From Lama guanicoe (lineage: Eukaryota): a DNA stretch of 64,000 nucleotides. Made by a program: the position numbers and the translations under genes. This document shows positions 38,101-51,103 of this stretch, in pieces; position 1 is the first letter of the stretch; every line of letters starts with the position of its first letter. Below the pieces are notes generated by a model. That model saw only the letters and a program-made list of their open reading frames with translations. It searched no databases and was not told the origin of the DNA. Location of the stretch: positions 5,564,626-5,628,625 of the forward strand of contig MU054220.1 in the NCBI GenBank assembly GCA_013239625.1, written 5' to 3'.

Positions 38101-39740
38101 ATTATGCTCTCAGATGATACTAAATTGGGAATGTTGCAAACCACAGGAAAGAGAGAGGAATAACACCACAGGGACTGAAGAGTTTTAGCTACGTGGGTGA
38201 GTAGAACCAAGAGAGCACAAGTCACCCCAGAAAAAGTTCCTAGTAATTTAAAACCACCCTATGCTCAGAAATACGTATGTGAGTTTCTATGTGCACATGT
38301 TCTGTTACACTGTTTAACTTTAAACACATATAATTTCATGGAGGGAAAACAAGCCAGGACTGGCCATAATAATCTAGGGTACCTACTGCTTCCGCTCTGC
38401 AGTGGTTTGACCTTGATATTAGCTTGTATCAAATAACAGATTCTGTTTTCTTATTTATAAAGTGAGGGGCTTGCATAAAATTTATGAACCCTCCAACCTT
38501 TAAAGTACATGAATAAATATTTGAGTCACGGTTTTTATGGCAGCTAGATTATAGAAGATGGAACCACTTTAAAATAAATAAAATATTAACTAAATTGTCT
38601 CTTGATACTCTTATTCTTCAAATGAGTGCCCCTTATGACTTTTTACATCATCCCACTTTTCATCAGAAATTAGCTTTGTTCAGGCTCAAGCCACACTGAT
38701 GACTTCAGCCAAAAGGCTCACATATATTTTGACCTCATGATATCTATGGGATGGAGGGCTTTTTTTAGGTATTTAAGGGGAAAGAAGGGTGCGCCAAAGC
38801 CAGCATCCACAAGCTGACCTAAGGATGATCTGCCTAATTGTAGAAAATTTAGCTGAACCCTGGGGAAGTTTGATCATCATAAATGTAGGAAGTCGTAAGC
38901 ACCAAGAGGCCTATTACTGGAAACGGCTGAGATCCAAGTGGTTAGAAATAAGCGCAATTTCTAGGACAGTAAGTTCACCAATAGACTGATTCATCTGCCC
39001 CAGGAGGGTGCCATCTACCATACACTCGATACTCACATCTCACTCGGAGTTACAGCCTAATAAGGTTGGGACGAATTTGGCTGGGAATTAAGAGACCAGA
39101 AGGGGAAGTGCTGCCTGGACTGCTGTATGCAAAAACGGGTGTGAGAGGTTCTGATATGGCAAAAAATGAGATCTTTGTGACTGAGCCGTGTTTACAGAGG
39201 AGGCCTTGTCTGCCGGTACGTACTTGGGTCTTTTGGAAACAGTTTGGGTTTTGGCCTTTCTCTCACTAAGTGGTCCTTAGGAAAACCTACTCAGAAGGAA
39301 CTACTGATTTCCTCTAGTCCGGGGAATGACCAGTAATTACTGCTGCCTTCCAGGGGCTGACGGAGCGTTGACAACTGTCATCTAGGGCTGGCAGGGATCT
39401 TCAGGACGGAGGACTTTGCAGGTCTCTATTTTGCTCCCCGTAGTTGGCATTTCGTATCTTTTACAGGCTAAGAGCATGAGGAAAGGAACCAGATATAGGC
39501 AGGCTTCTTTTGTGTGTTTTCTGCCTTTCTCCCACAAGTAGGCTCTTGTCTTTGTTAAAATCACTATGGGCTGAGTCCATCTCAGGAACTATTGGTTCTT
39601 TTAATCCCCTACATTCCATCACTGAGTAGCCCATCTTGAGATTGCCCTGGCCTCCAAAAGGTTTCGGGCACATCAACCCTTTCTGCTTCCATTGTCTCGT
39701 CATACATTGAACACTGCCATAGAGAGAGGAGTGAATAAAT

Positions 39741-39808
39741 GCGCCCTTATTGGCTTATTAGCGCCCGTATTGGCTGATGAGTTAACATTTTTCAAAGCAG
39801 GTATAAAA
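39741..39808 (+). promoter_or_regulatory. candidate promoter module: two inverted CCAAT boxes plus TATA box
   Basis: gcgccc(t/g)tattggct at 39741 and 39761; TATAAAA at 39802-39808. Confidence 0.35.
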
Positions 39809-40024
39809 TAAGAGGATGTAATGATGCTGATGGTGATCATGGTGATCCAATGATGACCATTACTTCTTATCGGCTACATATTATGTGTAAGGCACATCTT
39901 CATTGAATGCCCACACAGCAACATACTTCAATAGCAGGAGGTAATACTGTTCTTGCTCCCACTTTACAAATTAGGAAAACTGATTTGATTCAAAGAAATT
40001 AGCCACATTTTCCAGTATCACACT

Positions 40025-40600
40025 TTTTTATTGCAAGTGATGATGTTCATCTCAAACTGGCTTAAGTAATTGGGAATGTGTTGGCTCACATTACTGCAGT
40101 GGCTATTGAAGGTTCTGTCTACAGCCTAAGACAGATTCAGGGGCTTAAATAATGAAATCAGAATTTACTCTCCCTCCATATCTTAGTCTTATTTCTTCTG
40201 TGTTTTCTATGTGTCATTTTAACTGACTCCCCAGTGTGTTGGCAGTACTGGGCAGGATAGCTCTAAGCTGATACTGCATTTTTAGCATGCATTCACAAGG
40301 AAAGAAATAGCGCTTCAATCTCTGTAGTTTCAGAAAAGGCCTCAGGAAGGGCCCTGACTGGCCAGGTTTGGGTATGTGCCCATCCATGATCCAATCACTG
40401 TGGCACAAGTGGTGTAGAACTTCAGTTTAGTAGCTCATAGTCATACACCCACCTCTGAAGGACAAGACTGGGGAGGAGTCACCTTCACGTAAGTTATGTT
40501 TTTCTGTTCCCCACCAAAAAAGGACTGTTCACACGGGAAGGGAGAGAGGAAGGGAGTGCCTGCGGGCAGTCGCAAATTTATACATTTCAACATCCTCTAC
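40025..40600 (-). mobile_element. MLT1J/K-type MaLR LTR splitting a MIR (about 39820-40020 and 40605-40655)
   Basis: ttgcaagtgatgatgttcatctcaaactggcttaag...ctgactggccaggtttgggtatgtgcccatccatgatccaatcactgtggc. Confidence 0.75.
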
Positions 40601-40659
40601 TCTCAGTCAAACGGTGAGAGATCCAGGATTCAGACACAGATAATCTGTTCCTGACTTGA

Positions 40660-40860
40660 GCACTATTCTGAGCAGGCCTTGTGCTAGCTGATCTGTAGAA
40701 CTTATTTACTACTCATCATAATTCCTGGGGATAAATATTATTTTCCTTGTGTTATAGGTAAGAAGCTAAAGTGAGGCAAGGTGAAGTGACTTGCCTGAGT
40801 GTCTAAAATTGCTAAGTGACCAAGCCAAGAACTAAACTTAAGACTCTCTGACGTTGTTTT
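40660..40860 (-). mobile_element. MIR SINE
   Basis: aggtgaagtgacttgcctgagtgtc reverse core. Confidence 0.7.
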
Positions 40861-40944
40861 AGGATTCTTTTCACTCAGCCATGGGCTTCATAACAAGCAT
40901 CACCTGAATGGTTTTGAATGTGAGCAGGGAACAGGGAATGTGGT

Positions 40945-41335
40945 CTGTATAAATCGATTTTTCTGTTTAACGAATGACTACAACATCTCGGAGGCTTACA
41001 ACACAGATACTTATTTTCATCACTCATAGTCTGCTGGTCAGTTGAGGTAGCTCTGCTTTGGGCTTGATGATGGAGTTCAAGTCTCCTTCCTCTGCTGCCT
41101 TCTTGAACCCAGGCTAGAGTAGTAGAAGCTGTCCAGAGGCAGCTCTTTTCACAGGGGATCAATGAAATGACAGAAGACACCTTTCAAGTCTCTGCTTGCA
41201 ACCTGTCCACTCACAGTCCATTGGCTGGAGTGAGTTATGTGGTCCAGCTCTATATGCATGAGCTAGGGAGATGCACTCTACCTACCCACCGTGGGAGGAG
41301 GGCAGTGAATAGTCTGGATAACCCAGAGTATTCTG
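40945..41335 (-). mobile_element. MLT1-type MaLR LTR
   Basis: ggcttacaacacagatacttattttc...cctttcaagtctctgcttgc...cagtccattggctggagtgagttatgtgg. Confidence 0.75.
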
Positions 41336-42459
41336 AGGTGCTTTGAAGATCCTGGAGTGAGGGTTCTCAGTTCAGATTTGTGCTATCTGTTGTTGTTACT
41401 ATCTCAAAATGCAACTGACTAGAAAAGCACTGTCAACTAGAAGCCTAGAAACATAGAGGTCACAAGTCAAATTTAGGATATACTGACACCATATCGTGGT
41501 AAACCTATGACATACAGATAGTATGGCTGGCTGAGGGGTCTTTACATATTAATGACTGACATGGATATGATAATCACAATACCCTTTTGTGTACTGGCAG
41601 TGTTGGGTGGAGGGCAGCAATGTATTAAGCTGTGGAGCAATATTTTAAGCTAAAACTGAAGGAGACATGCAACTCTGGAGTGAAAAATGACTGGCCATTG
41701 ACAGCTGGGGAGCTAAATGCAACTATTTGTTGAGGTGTGAAGTAATAGCTATCAAAGTCTTTTTATTCTAGCGTCAGTTCAGGACATTGGAGCTTCATAG
41801 ATAAATTATGTTCTACTGGCTTGATGCATGACTAATAGTTTACATTCATTCCATTCATAAATTCTCTCTATTCGTAAAGAGCTACAACCTGATTCTCCTT
41901 CCAGTAATACTTCCCCAGCTTACCCCAAAGCCATAGAAAACTAGTGAGGGTGATTCTGACATTATTCGTGTTCAAGTAAAGACAGTATTGCTCCTATAAT
42001 TGAAACTACCGACAGTATTATTAAGAGAAAAGGAGTCAGAATTTCAGGTGGAATTGAAATTGAAGAGTTGGTTTCATTATTGAGGGTGAGAGATGTTGAA
42101 TACATTTGATTGTCTGTTCAATAAGAAGTAAACATGCAGGGTACCAGTGTACTTAGAATGGTGACAGGCACTGTGGAGGAGAAAACATAGGCAAAACAGA
42201 AGGTAAGATTTCTAACCACAGTAGAGAGAGAAAATGCTCAAAATGGAAGAGACTTGTGCTAGGAATCAGAAATCCTGGATTTTACTATTAACTAGCTTTT
42301 GGACTTTAAAGGAATCATAAAACTTTTCTAGGATGGTATTTCCTTATCTAGAAAATAAAACAGCTTATCTAGGTGTGCTCCAGTGACAGCTCTGATTCAA
42401 ACTTCACAGAATGTTAGGAAGGAGTTTGCTACCTAACTGGAAAGGCATAAAACATGTGA

Positions 42460-42870
42460 AGACTTCATGCGTTTTAATACTGCGTGTTGACTGCCTACCA
42501 CTTTGTGGTAGGTTTTGTTCTCAGTGTTGGGGATATAGCTGTAAAAGAGAAAAAGTCTCTCACCCTGGAGAACTTAAATTCTGGTGGAGAGACTGTCAAT
42601 AGATAAGTAAACAAATAATTATCTGATTTTATTTCAGGCATTAATGAATGATGTGAAAAGTTAAAACAGGTTAAAGAGAGAGAGCGACTGGACAGGATAA
42701 TTTATTTTTAGCTAATTAGGGAAGTTCTATCTGAGAGATAGCAATGGAAACTTGGATTAAATTGTTGGGTTACTTTTACAATTATTTTGGGAAAAATCAT
42801 CTCTGAGGCAAATGCAATGAGCCTGAGATCAGAATATATTTGATATGTTTAAGGAATAGCAAAAACAATA
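42460..42870 (-). mobile_element. L2 fragment
   Basis: tgttgactgcctacc...gttggggatatagctgtaaaagag...ggagaacttaaattctggtggagagac. Confidence 0.75.
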
Positions 42871-43542
42871 GCTTAATTATACAGCACAATCTATATGACA
42901 AAATAAAAGAGTATAAACTCTATTTTGTGGCATGACCTAAAGGTGTTTTGAATTAATCAGAGGAGGAGATGAGCTGCATAATTCCTGTTACCAAGTTCTT
43001 GCTTCATTTCTTTTGTCTTATTGGTCACCAAGTTCTGGATATTTTGCTGCCTTAACTTCTTATATCTACCCTTCATTTTTTTTCCAGTATCTAGAGCTAA
43101 ACTCAGATGGTCAGTTGCAAATACGATTGGCTTTGAATCATCTTCTGCTAAAAACTAAAGGTGATCACTTAATTCCACTTATAAATAAATACATATATTT
43201 AGATGCATCCCTATCAGCCTCAGAAAAATAGTCAGTTCAAACCGTTCAGCAAAAGATGACTTTTGTGATGTGTCCCTATGACTTCTTTAGCCTCCTCCAT
43301 ATCCAAACTTCCCTGCTTAACCGAATTCTGTGGCCATGCAAAACTAGTAAATCTAGGAAATCACTCTAATAAATCTAGACAGTTTATCTAGATTTATTTC
43401 AGTGACAACTCTGATTTCCAGAATGCTGCGCTCCCCCCTGCATCTTTATCTAAGACCTCTACCCTTCTGTCTAACTTCCTTCATATGTTTTAGGAACAGG
43501 TAGCGCATGTCTCCACTAGGGGCTTCTTAATGTCAGCATCTG

Positions 43543-43835
43543 TTTTTTTATTTTATTTTAAATTTAATTATATTTTTTATTTGAGGTATAGTTAGTTTAC
43601 AATGTTATGTCAATTTCTGGTGTACAGCATAATGGTTCAGTCATACATGTATATGCATATATTCGTTTTCATATGCTTTTTCATTATAGGTTACTATAAG
43701 ATATTTTGTATAGTTCCCTGTGCTATACAGTAGAAACTCATTATTTATCTCTTTTATATATAGTAGTTAGTTAGTATCTGCAGATCTCAAACTACCAATT
43801 TATCCCTTCCCACTCTTTGTCCTCCCTGGTACCCA
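43543..43835 (-). mobile_element. 5'-truncated L1 3' end, cetartiodactyl/camelid-type, within L2
   Basis: T-rich tail then gaggtatagttagtttacaatgttatgtcaatttctggtgtacagcataatg...tagttccctgtgctatacag...ccaatttatcccttccc. Confidence 0.88.
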
Positions 43836-44020
43836 CTGTCTCTGTAGCACTTACCATGCATGGAAGCATACAGCCGAATTGTCTATTGTTTCTTCATTAT
43901 CTCTTTGCCCCACTAGACTGCGAGTTCCCCGAGGGTCTGGAAATGTTACTAATCTCTGTATCTCTGGCATCCAGTTCAATGCCTGGCACTTGGTTCAATA
44001 GATGTCTCTAAAAATAATGA
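43836..44020 (+). mobile_element. L2 3' end
   Basis: ccccactagactgcgagttccccgaggg...aatgcctggcac...caatagatgt. Confidence 0.75.
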
Positions 44021-45169
44021 GTGTGGGACATAATATATGGATTGTTTAATTTTAAAAGCCAGGCTGCGTCTTTAAACCAGCCAATTATTTTACCCCATTT
44101 GTTTCTCTTCCCTCTCTTCTGCCGTTCATATCTAAATTCATGTTTTTACATAAATCCAAGTGACTATTTCAAAAACTGGTATTTCAGGCTAGACAAAAGA
44201 ATAACATACCATGTGGAAGAGTGGTCTTTGGAAAGGACTGTTTTTTCTTTAAACTCTTCTCATGGATATCCCATTGCTGATCATTATTATTTCACTAGAA
44301 GTTCTTTTAGTTATTCCCATTTGCTTCCAGGAACAATGAACTTTTTGCCTTAGTATTTTCATTTGTTGTCCAGGTCTCATGAAATGTGTCAGGATTATTT
44401 TTCTCAGTTAGGTAAATAGCCATAGACCAAGTTAGATTAAGAAAAATCTTATCATCTTTTTGATTACTATCACCATAGTAATCTTTTTAGATTGTTTCCC
44501 CCCTCCTTATTCACTGAGTATCATTTTATCCTTTTCTAAGAAGTGATAAAAAAGGGCATTGAGAGACTGGTCGTAGATCTTTTCTACTGCTCTTTACAAC
44601 CAGTAATGTAGGTGGCATTATATCCATTTTCCACCCGACAAAAATGAGATTCAAAGTTTGGTGCTTTGTCTGGGCAGCTAACACATGGAAGAGGTATAGT
44701 TGAACGTAAAACTCTTTTTACTCTATCATGTCCCCTCGTTGAAGAATGACCTAAGGGAAGAGATATATATGCCACACAAAAATGGACATACACAGGTATA
44801 CAAAAAATTAGCGACATTTTCTAAATGATGTAAATTGCTTTTTGGGAAAGTCTGGAAAACAATTAAGCAGACTTTCTGATATTGGAGTGTAGGCAAAGGC
44901 CCTGAGAACTCCTCCATAGACATCCCTAATTCCTCTGATCCAAGTTTGATCTCATATTTATAACAGAAAGCAGATTTAGAAGCATAATGTAAGCAATATC
45001 TACAGCTGGAAGAAGGAAGTTAATGACTTATTTTGAAATGACATTTTCTGATTCATTATTCATAGTAAGAAAAACACATGGTGATCCTGTTCCTGACTGT
45101 TTCACAGTGGTCAGTGGCATCATCATTGTCAAGATTTCATTCCTGAATATGAAATTATTAATGAATATT

Positions 45170-45680
45170 CTACTATCTAATATTTATCAATCTTTTACAA
45201 TGTTCCAGGCAGTATGTTAGGGTCTTTATTTCTAATATTATCAGCATATTCATTAAGATAGGTGCCATTTTCTAACAAAATAAATGAGGATTAAAAATAG
45301 ATAACTAGTACACGGTTGTACCTACTGAAAAATGGCAAAGCAAGATTTGAATCCAGTTCATCTGACTAGACAGGCTGTGCTCTAACCTTCCATTCTTTGT
45401 CAGCATTCTTGAGAATGCACTTGGCCTGGAGTCAAATGCTTCAGTTCCAAGTTTGGTGCTGACAAACTATGTGAGTTCAGGCAAATCACTTTCATTCTCT
45501 GAGCATGTTTTCTAATTTGTAAAGGGCAATGGATGATGAGAACAATGATTTCTGATGTATCTTGCAACTGAAGAATAAAATGGCTGAAATGCCAAAATTG
45601 GAAGCTCATTAACTCACAGCAGGATGGAGTAATTTCGCAAGAGCATCCTGGCATAAATATCAGTGCTTGCTGCACCATAA
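45170..45680. mobile_element. two MIRs (- then +)
   Basis: gcaagatttgaatccagttcatctgact; ggagtcaaatgcttcagttccaag...gagttcaggcaaatcactttcattctctgagc. Confidence 0.75.
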
Positions 45681-46479
45681 TACTTTTTAAATTAAATATT
45701 GTTTTTACTTAATATTTAGGTTATTCTCCTTATTAGCATTTCCTATAGAATTCCATCAGAGTGCTGATCATATTTTATTAATTCCAAATTAGGATACGCA
45801 AGATAGAGTGGGGAAATGTATTTATGGAAACTGCACGGCTGGATATTTAAAATGAGAACTGCCCTTGTGAAGCAGGCGTTCTGTTTTATATTTTGTCAGT
45901 GAAGAAACCACATCTTCAAAAACTCCAAGGATGACATGTGAAATCTACAGTTGGATAATCTGACTATTTACAACATAGTTTCCCCAAGTCTGGACTTGCC
46001 ATGTTCTTGGGATAAATGTTTTTATTTTACTGAATCTTCAGATTCAGCAGCACTTTCCTCTGTGAATTAGGAGAAAGGTGATTAGTACCTTGTGATGTTT
46101 TGTAAATCCAAGAAGATGAACTTTGGCAATGACCATAATAGCTTGGAAGGTGCTGATGTAAGATGTTTTTTTAAAGTCAAAATCTCTAGATACAGCTCCA
46201 GTTTCTTGATAATTATTTTTCCTCAACTCTGCATAGATATATTCATACTGTACTGCATTTGTTACCTATGTAATTACTCTATGCTTCCAACTTCAACCAA
46301 AATTAATGAGAAAAAAGAGTTTCTGAGGGTGTGGGTACAGATGATAATTTCTTTTGTAGGAAACAGTTCTCCTATCATGTTCTTAGATGAACTGAAATAT
46401 CCTCTGCATCCTCACCTTTTCCCCTCCTCCCCACCATCCTAACAACGTGAAAGAAGATGGCTTGCATAAATCATTGACT

Positions 46480-46700
46480 TATACTAGTATTTGTTGAGTC
46501 CATCTACAGACATTATTTCATTAATTCTTCATCATAATACTAAAAGGTAAATATGATTTCCCTATTACAAATGAGGAAACTGATGCTAAAAGAAATTAAG
46601 GAATTTACCTAAGAACAAACATATGGCTAGCTAGGCAGTAAAAAACAGATCAATTTGCTTTTAACTTATAAACGTAGGATCTTTCTATGATGCTACACTG
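46480..46700 (-). mobile_element. MIR SINE
   Basis: cctattacaaatgaggaaactgatgc. Confidence 0.7.
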
Positions 46701-46939
46701 TCTGGGAACTGAAACTCTTCACATCAGCATAATAATCTTGCTCTCTTAGGAACATCAGTTTTCATAGGCACCCCTAATTGTATGTCTATAACATATTTTA
46801 TGCATTTTTTATTGACGTAATTATCCATCTATTTATTTATCTATTGTAACATACATGAACACATTACATCTAAAGCTCAGTAAAATTTTACAAAGTCAAC
46901 GCATTCCTGCAACTAACATTTATATCAACATATGTCCTC

Positions 46940-47380
46940 TAGCAGTGGAGTCATATGGGAAGTGCTTAATTCTCCCAGCAATGATGTGCAATGGCATTCA
47001 CAGAATACTGCCAACCCAGAGAACTCCCCCAAGCCTTAGTGGTCTAGGGTTTTTACTGGAGATAAGTGAGTAGGTATGGAGCACCCATGTGACTGGCCTT
47101 GGTTACTCAATCTCCAGCCCAACCGGAAGTCAAACTGATATAGTGTGTTCCAAAGCCCCCATTATAAATCACATCATTAGCATAAATTACATGGCATGGC
47201 TCAAGACCCTGGGGATACGAGGATGCCTAATCAGGTAGAATATTCCAAGGACTTAAAGGTTATCTCCCAGGAGCCAGACCTTTGGGACGTGCAGGGTTTC
47301 AACACCCAAGCTCACTAAATTAACTATCTACTGTACACTGAGCACCCCAAGCCTGATAAGTTAATTCTTTATTGCATACC
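46940..47380 (-). mobile_element. MER21/MER77-group LTR fragment
   Basis: cttaattctcccagcaatgatgtg...ccaaagcccccattataaatcacatcattagcataaa...tattccaaggacttaaaggttatctcccaggagcc. Confidence 0.75.
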
Positions 47381-47384
47381 AGGT

Positions 47385-48720
47385 CTCCTAATGCATTTTC
47401 TTATTTTTCTTTACCTGAAAAAAAATCTACTTTTGTTTTTGAAACAAAAATTTCCACTGGATATAGAATTCTGGGCTGACAGTGTCTTCCTCTCTGTACT
47501 TTAAACATATCACTCCTTTCTCTTGCCTAATTTCTGATGAGAAATCTACTGTTATTCTTATCACTGTTCTTCTGTAGTTAATTTTTTTTTTGGTGCCTTC
47601 AAGATTTTAAAAAAATCTTACAGTGTGATAATGATGTATTTAGGGGTGTGTATGTGTGTGTTTGTGTGTGTGCCTGCCTGTGTGCACAAGCACTATTTAT
47701 CCTGCCTGGAATTTTCAAAAATTCTTGAAGTAATGTTTACATCTCCAACTTCTTCACCTCCTTGGTTTCTCTTAAGATTTTCTCTATGTTTTTGTTTTTC
47801 AGTAATTGTCCTTTGATATGATATGATGTATGTCTAGATGTCTTTTGTTATGTGTATATGCTGTTTCTGGTTCACAGTGTGTCTTGGGTCTGTGATTTTA
47901 TCCCTGAGAGTAATTTCATCATGTGTGCCTTGTTGTCCTTTTAGTATTAATCCAGACTGAGGTGTGCTGAGCTTCCTGAAACAGTAGCTCTGTACATTTT
48001 ATCAAAGATTAAACATTTTTATACATTAGTGACAAATGTTATTTGCCCTTTCCTCTCTTCTCACTCCTCTACTTCTTGGACTCTTGTGCTTCACATCACT
48101 TTCTATTGTCCCAAAGGTCATTGAGACTGTTCATTTTTTTCAGCCTTTCATCTCTTGTCCTTCATTTCAAATGTAATTTCTATTGCCTTGTTTTCAAGGT
48201 TACTGATCTTTTCTTCTGCAGAACCTAATCGGCCATTAAGTCCATCCAATGAATTTTCAGTTTTGTGTATTGTGTCTTTTAGCTTTGTATATTCCTTTTG
48301 GTTCTTTCTCAAAGTTTGCATTTTTCTGTTAGATTTCATATTTTTACTTTACATCTTTGAACATATTTACAATAGCTGTTTTAAAGTCCTTGTCCATTAC
48401 TTCTATCATGTCTATCATCTTAGACCTCTTTCTACTGACTGCCTTCTCTTTTTTTTATAAATAATATTTTGTGAATAGTTTGATATTTATAGTAACATTT
48501 TTCTGATTATTTTCATGTTACCAATTTTTTGAATGCTTGACTTTGTGCTTGACTTTGTGATGTAATATTGAGAGTTTGGATATTTTTGGCTTCCCTTGTA
48601 GATTGTGGGAGTTTATTTTGACAAGCAGCTTAATTTAATTGCAGTTCAGCTTCATACTTTCAAATTCTCATTTTGGAGCTCTTTGGATTTGTGTATAAAG
48701 TAGGTCTGCCATATTCTATA
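47385..48720 (-). mobile_element. old L1/HAL1-type ORF1 region
   Basis: ORF 48148-48339 (KNQKEYTKLKDTIHKTENSLDGLNGRLGSAEEKISNLENKAIE) is the L1 ORF1p coiled-coil pattern; gatatagaattctgggctgacag and ttctgatgagaaatctactg are ORF1-region text. Confidence 0.8.
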
Positions 48721-48779
48721 AGAACTTTTGTGATCTGGTTTAAAACTGTGGCTTTTCCTCCATATCCCATATTCACTTG

Positions 48780-49208
48780 CCTTTGTTCCATCTGTTTCAT
48801 GCACATTTGTCTTTTTACAATTCTTATAATATGCCAAGTTTGCTTCAGGCTTGGGTCTTCATTTTTGCTTCTCGCCTGCCTAGGATGCTCTTGTTCAATT
48901 TGTTTGTGATACTTGTACCCTCACTTCGAGATTTTTTTTTTATCGTCACATCTTCAGAGAGTACTTCTCTGTCTGCCATTTTAAAAACAGATACCTTTCA
49001 TTCCTCCACCAAATCACACTTTCCTCACCATACTTACGTTTTCTTCATAATAGAAGTTACTATCTGATATAACAAATTCGTTTACCTAAAGCATATTACC
49101 ATGACTGTAATATGCACTCCTGAATTTTGTTTTTCACAAGCATCCCAACTGACTAACAGAATGCCTGGCACACTCAAAAAATATTTGTTGAATGAGTTAA
49201 TAAATGAG
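48780..49208 (+). mobile_element. L2 3' end
   Basis: acagaatgcctggcacactcaaaaaatatttgttgaatgagttaataaatga. Confidence 0.7.
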
Positions 49209-49276
49209 TCCTAGTTCTTTATGCATCAGATAGTTATGGTAATACCTACCCTGGAAATGAGTAGAGTTAATGAGTC

Positions 49277-49800
49277 CTGTGTTAGTAGAATATTATCTGT
49301 GTTGTACATGCTTGTTATTAAAAAAAAATTCTCTTACCATATTTGCAAATATGTTTGACTTACATGTCTCAGGGGTATACAAGGACCTACTTATTGCACT
49401 TGAAAGTGAAAGAATCAGATATTCATTTTCCCAGCTCTCTTAGTTGGGGCAACCACTGTTCTGGTTTGATTGAGTCTAAAGAGTTTCCTGAGTTGTGGGG
49501 GTTTTAGTGCATAGTTCCTGTATTTGACCAATCATTGAAGGCTACTCATAGTTTGACTGTGTGGTGAGTGATGTAAAGAAGTCAGTGGAGAATTTATCCC
49601 AGCCACAGCAGGGATACCCAGGGTCCAGGTGCTGTGGTGACAGCAGCAGTGGTGTTCTGACAAAACTCACCCTATAACGTAGTCTTTTCTTTGAATTAAG
49701 TCATTCTCTTCTCTAATATTTCTCCCCAAATCTTCATTTTTGGTTTATTTAGTGAAGAGAAGTTTCTGTTGCTTGTGAACAAGAATTCTGGGTAATAGAC
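49277..49800 (+). mobile_element. LTR33-like ERVL LTR with nested MER81-like fragment (about 49446-49512)
   Basis: attcattttcccagctctcttag; end tttctgttgcttgtgaacaagaattctgggtaataga; insert gggcaaccactgttctggtttg...gtttcctgagttgtgggggttttagtgc. Confidence 0.55.
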
Positions 49801-50356
49801 TCTTGAAAAAATTTAGATGAGAGTAAGTTGTTAACAAAATATATATAAACATTATCATTTTTTATTAGTGCAGAATAGAGCTCAGCTGAACATGTAGATA
49901 GCCAGTGGGAAACCCCTGCAAATAAAAGAAGTTTTGCTGAAGTGGGTATTGTATGCATTTTAAGGGGTTTGATTATAGCGGATCTCAGGCTGTGTAGGAA
50001 AATCACGTTGCTCTCTAGTCGTTATACCTGTTGTGTCCTATTCAAAAGTGTTTCCGTGGTATAACAAGTACAGCTAAGTTTAGTTCCTTCAAAACATAAA
50101 GGCTGTTCATTTCCCTGAAAACATATAGTAGTAGCTGATCATGCATGAGCCATTTGAGAAGAAAATAAATATATTTTAAATAGCAAGGAAGCCAGGAACA
50201 TGACCTTAAGCATTAAATAATATGGCAGCTAATAGGGGTGGGGGGAAAAAGCTCACCATAGCATTTCCTATAAACTGGTAGATCTTCCTGTTATGCAATT
50301 TTATCTTTGTCATGAAGAGAAGCTTGAAGAACATTGTATACGGAATTTAAAAGGTT

Positions 50357-50625
50357 GTGTTTATCAGTTAGCATCTGATATTTAATGAACAACCACATAA
50401 GCAGTGACATACAAAGTGTTTATTGTACACGCGTATGTGTTTAGTCTGGGTTGAATAGGTGGCTCTGCTGATTTTGGCTGGTCTCTGTTGGAATGACTGG
50501 GGTGACTAAGTTCTGTTCCATGTATCTTGAAACCCAAGTTTAGGCCTGGTGAATGGTCTGTCCCACCTCATTCTCTAGACTTAAGCAAATCACATGTGCA
50601 ACATCCAAATCCAGATGCAAGGTGG
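50357..50625 (-). mobile_element. MLT1-type LTR fragment
   Basis: ggtggctctgctgattttggctgg...cccacctcattctctagacttaagcaaatcacatg. Confidence 0.55.
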
Positions 50626-51103
50626 TATACACGTGTTCATAGCGCATTATTCACGATAGCCAAGGGATGGAAACAGCCTAACTGTCCAACTATGGATGAA
50701 TGAATAAACAACATGTAGTGTATACATATAATGGAATATTATTCAGCCTTAAAAAGAAGGGAAATGCTGACATGTGCTACAACATGGATGAAACTTAAGC
50801 AGCTTATGCTAAGTGACATAAGCCAGTCACAAAAAGAGAAATCCTCTATGATTCCATTTAGATGGAGTACTCAGAGTAGTCAGGTTCATACAGACAGAAA
50901 GTAGAATGGTGAGTGCTAGGGGCTGGGGGAAAGAGAAAAATGGGGAGTTTAATGGATATAGCATCTCAGGCTTAGGAGATGAAGATAGATGGTTGTGTTG
51001 GTTGTAAAACAATTATCAATGTACCTAATGCCACTAAACTGTACACTTAAAATGGTTAAGATGACACATTTTGTGATTTGCATATTTTGCCACAAGAAAA
51101 AAT
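50626..51103 (+). mobile_element. L1MB-type 3' end
   Basis: gttcatagcgcattattcacgatagcc...ggaatattattcagccttaaaaag...gccactaaactgtacacttaaaatggttaagatg...A-rich end. Confidence 0.9.

Noticed and set aside
48148..48339. Coiled-coil protein gene
   Set aside because: It is an L1/HAL1 ORF1 remnant with broken flanks and no evidence of domestication.
25159..48559. Short direct duplications (ttctacattct at about 25159, gagtaaactg at about 32708, tgcttgactttg at about 48534)
   Set aside because: Ordinary slippage duplications of 10-13 bp; no spacer-repeat array structure.
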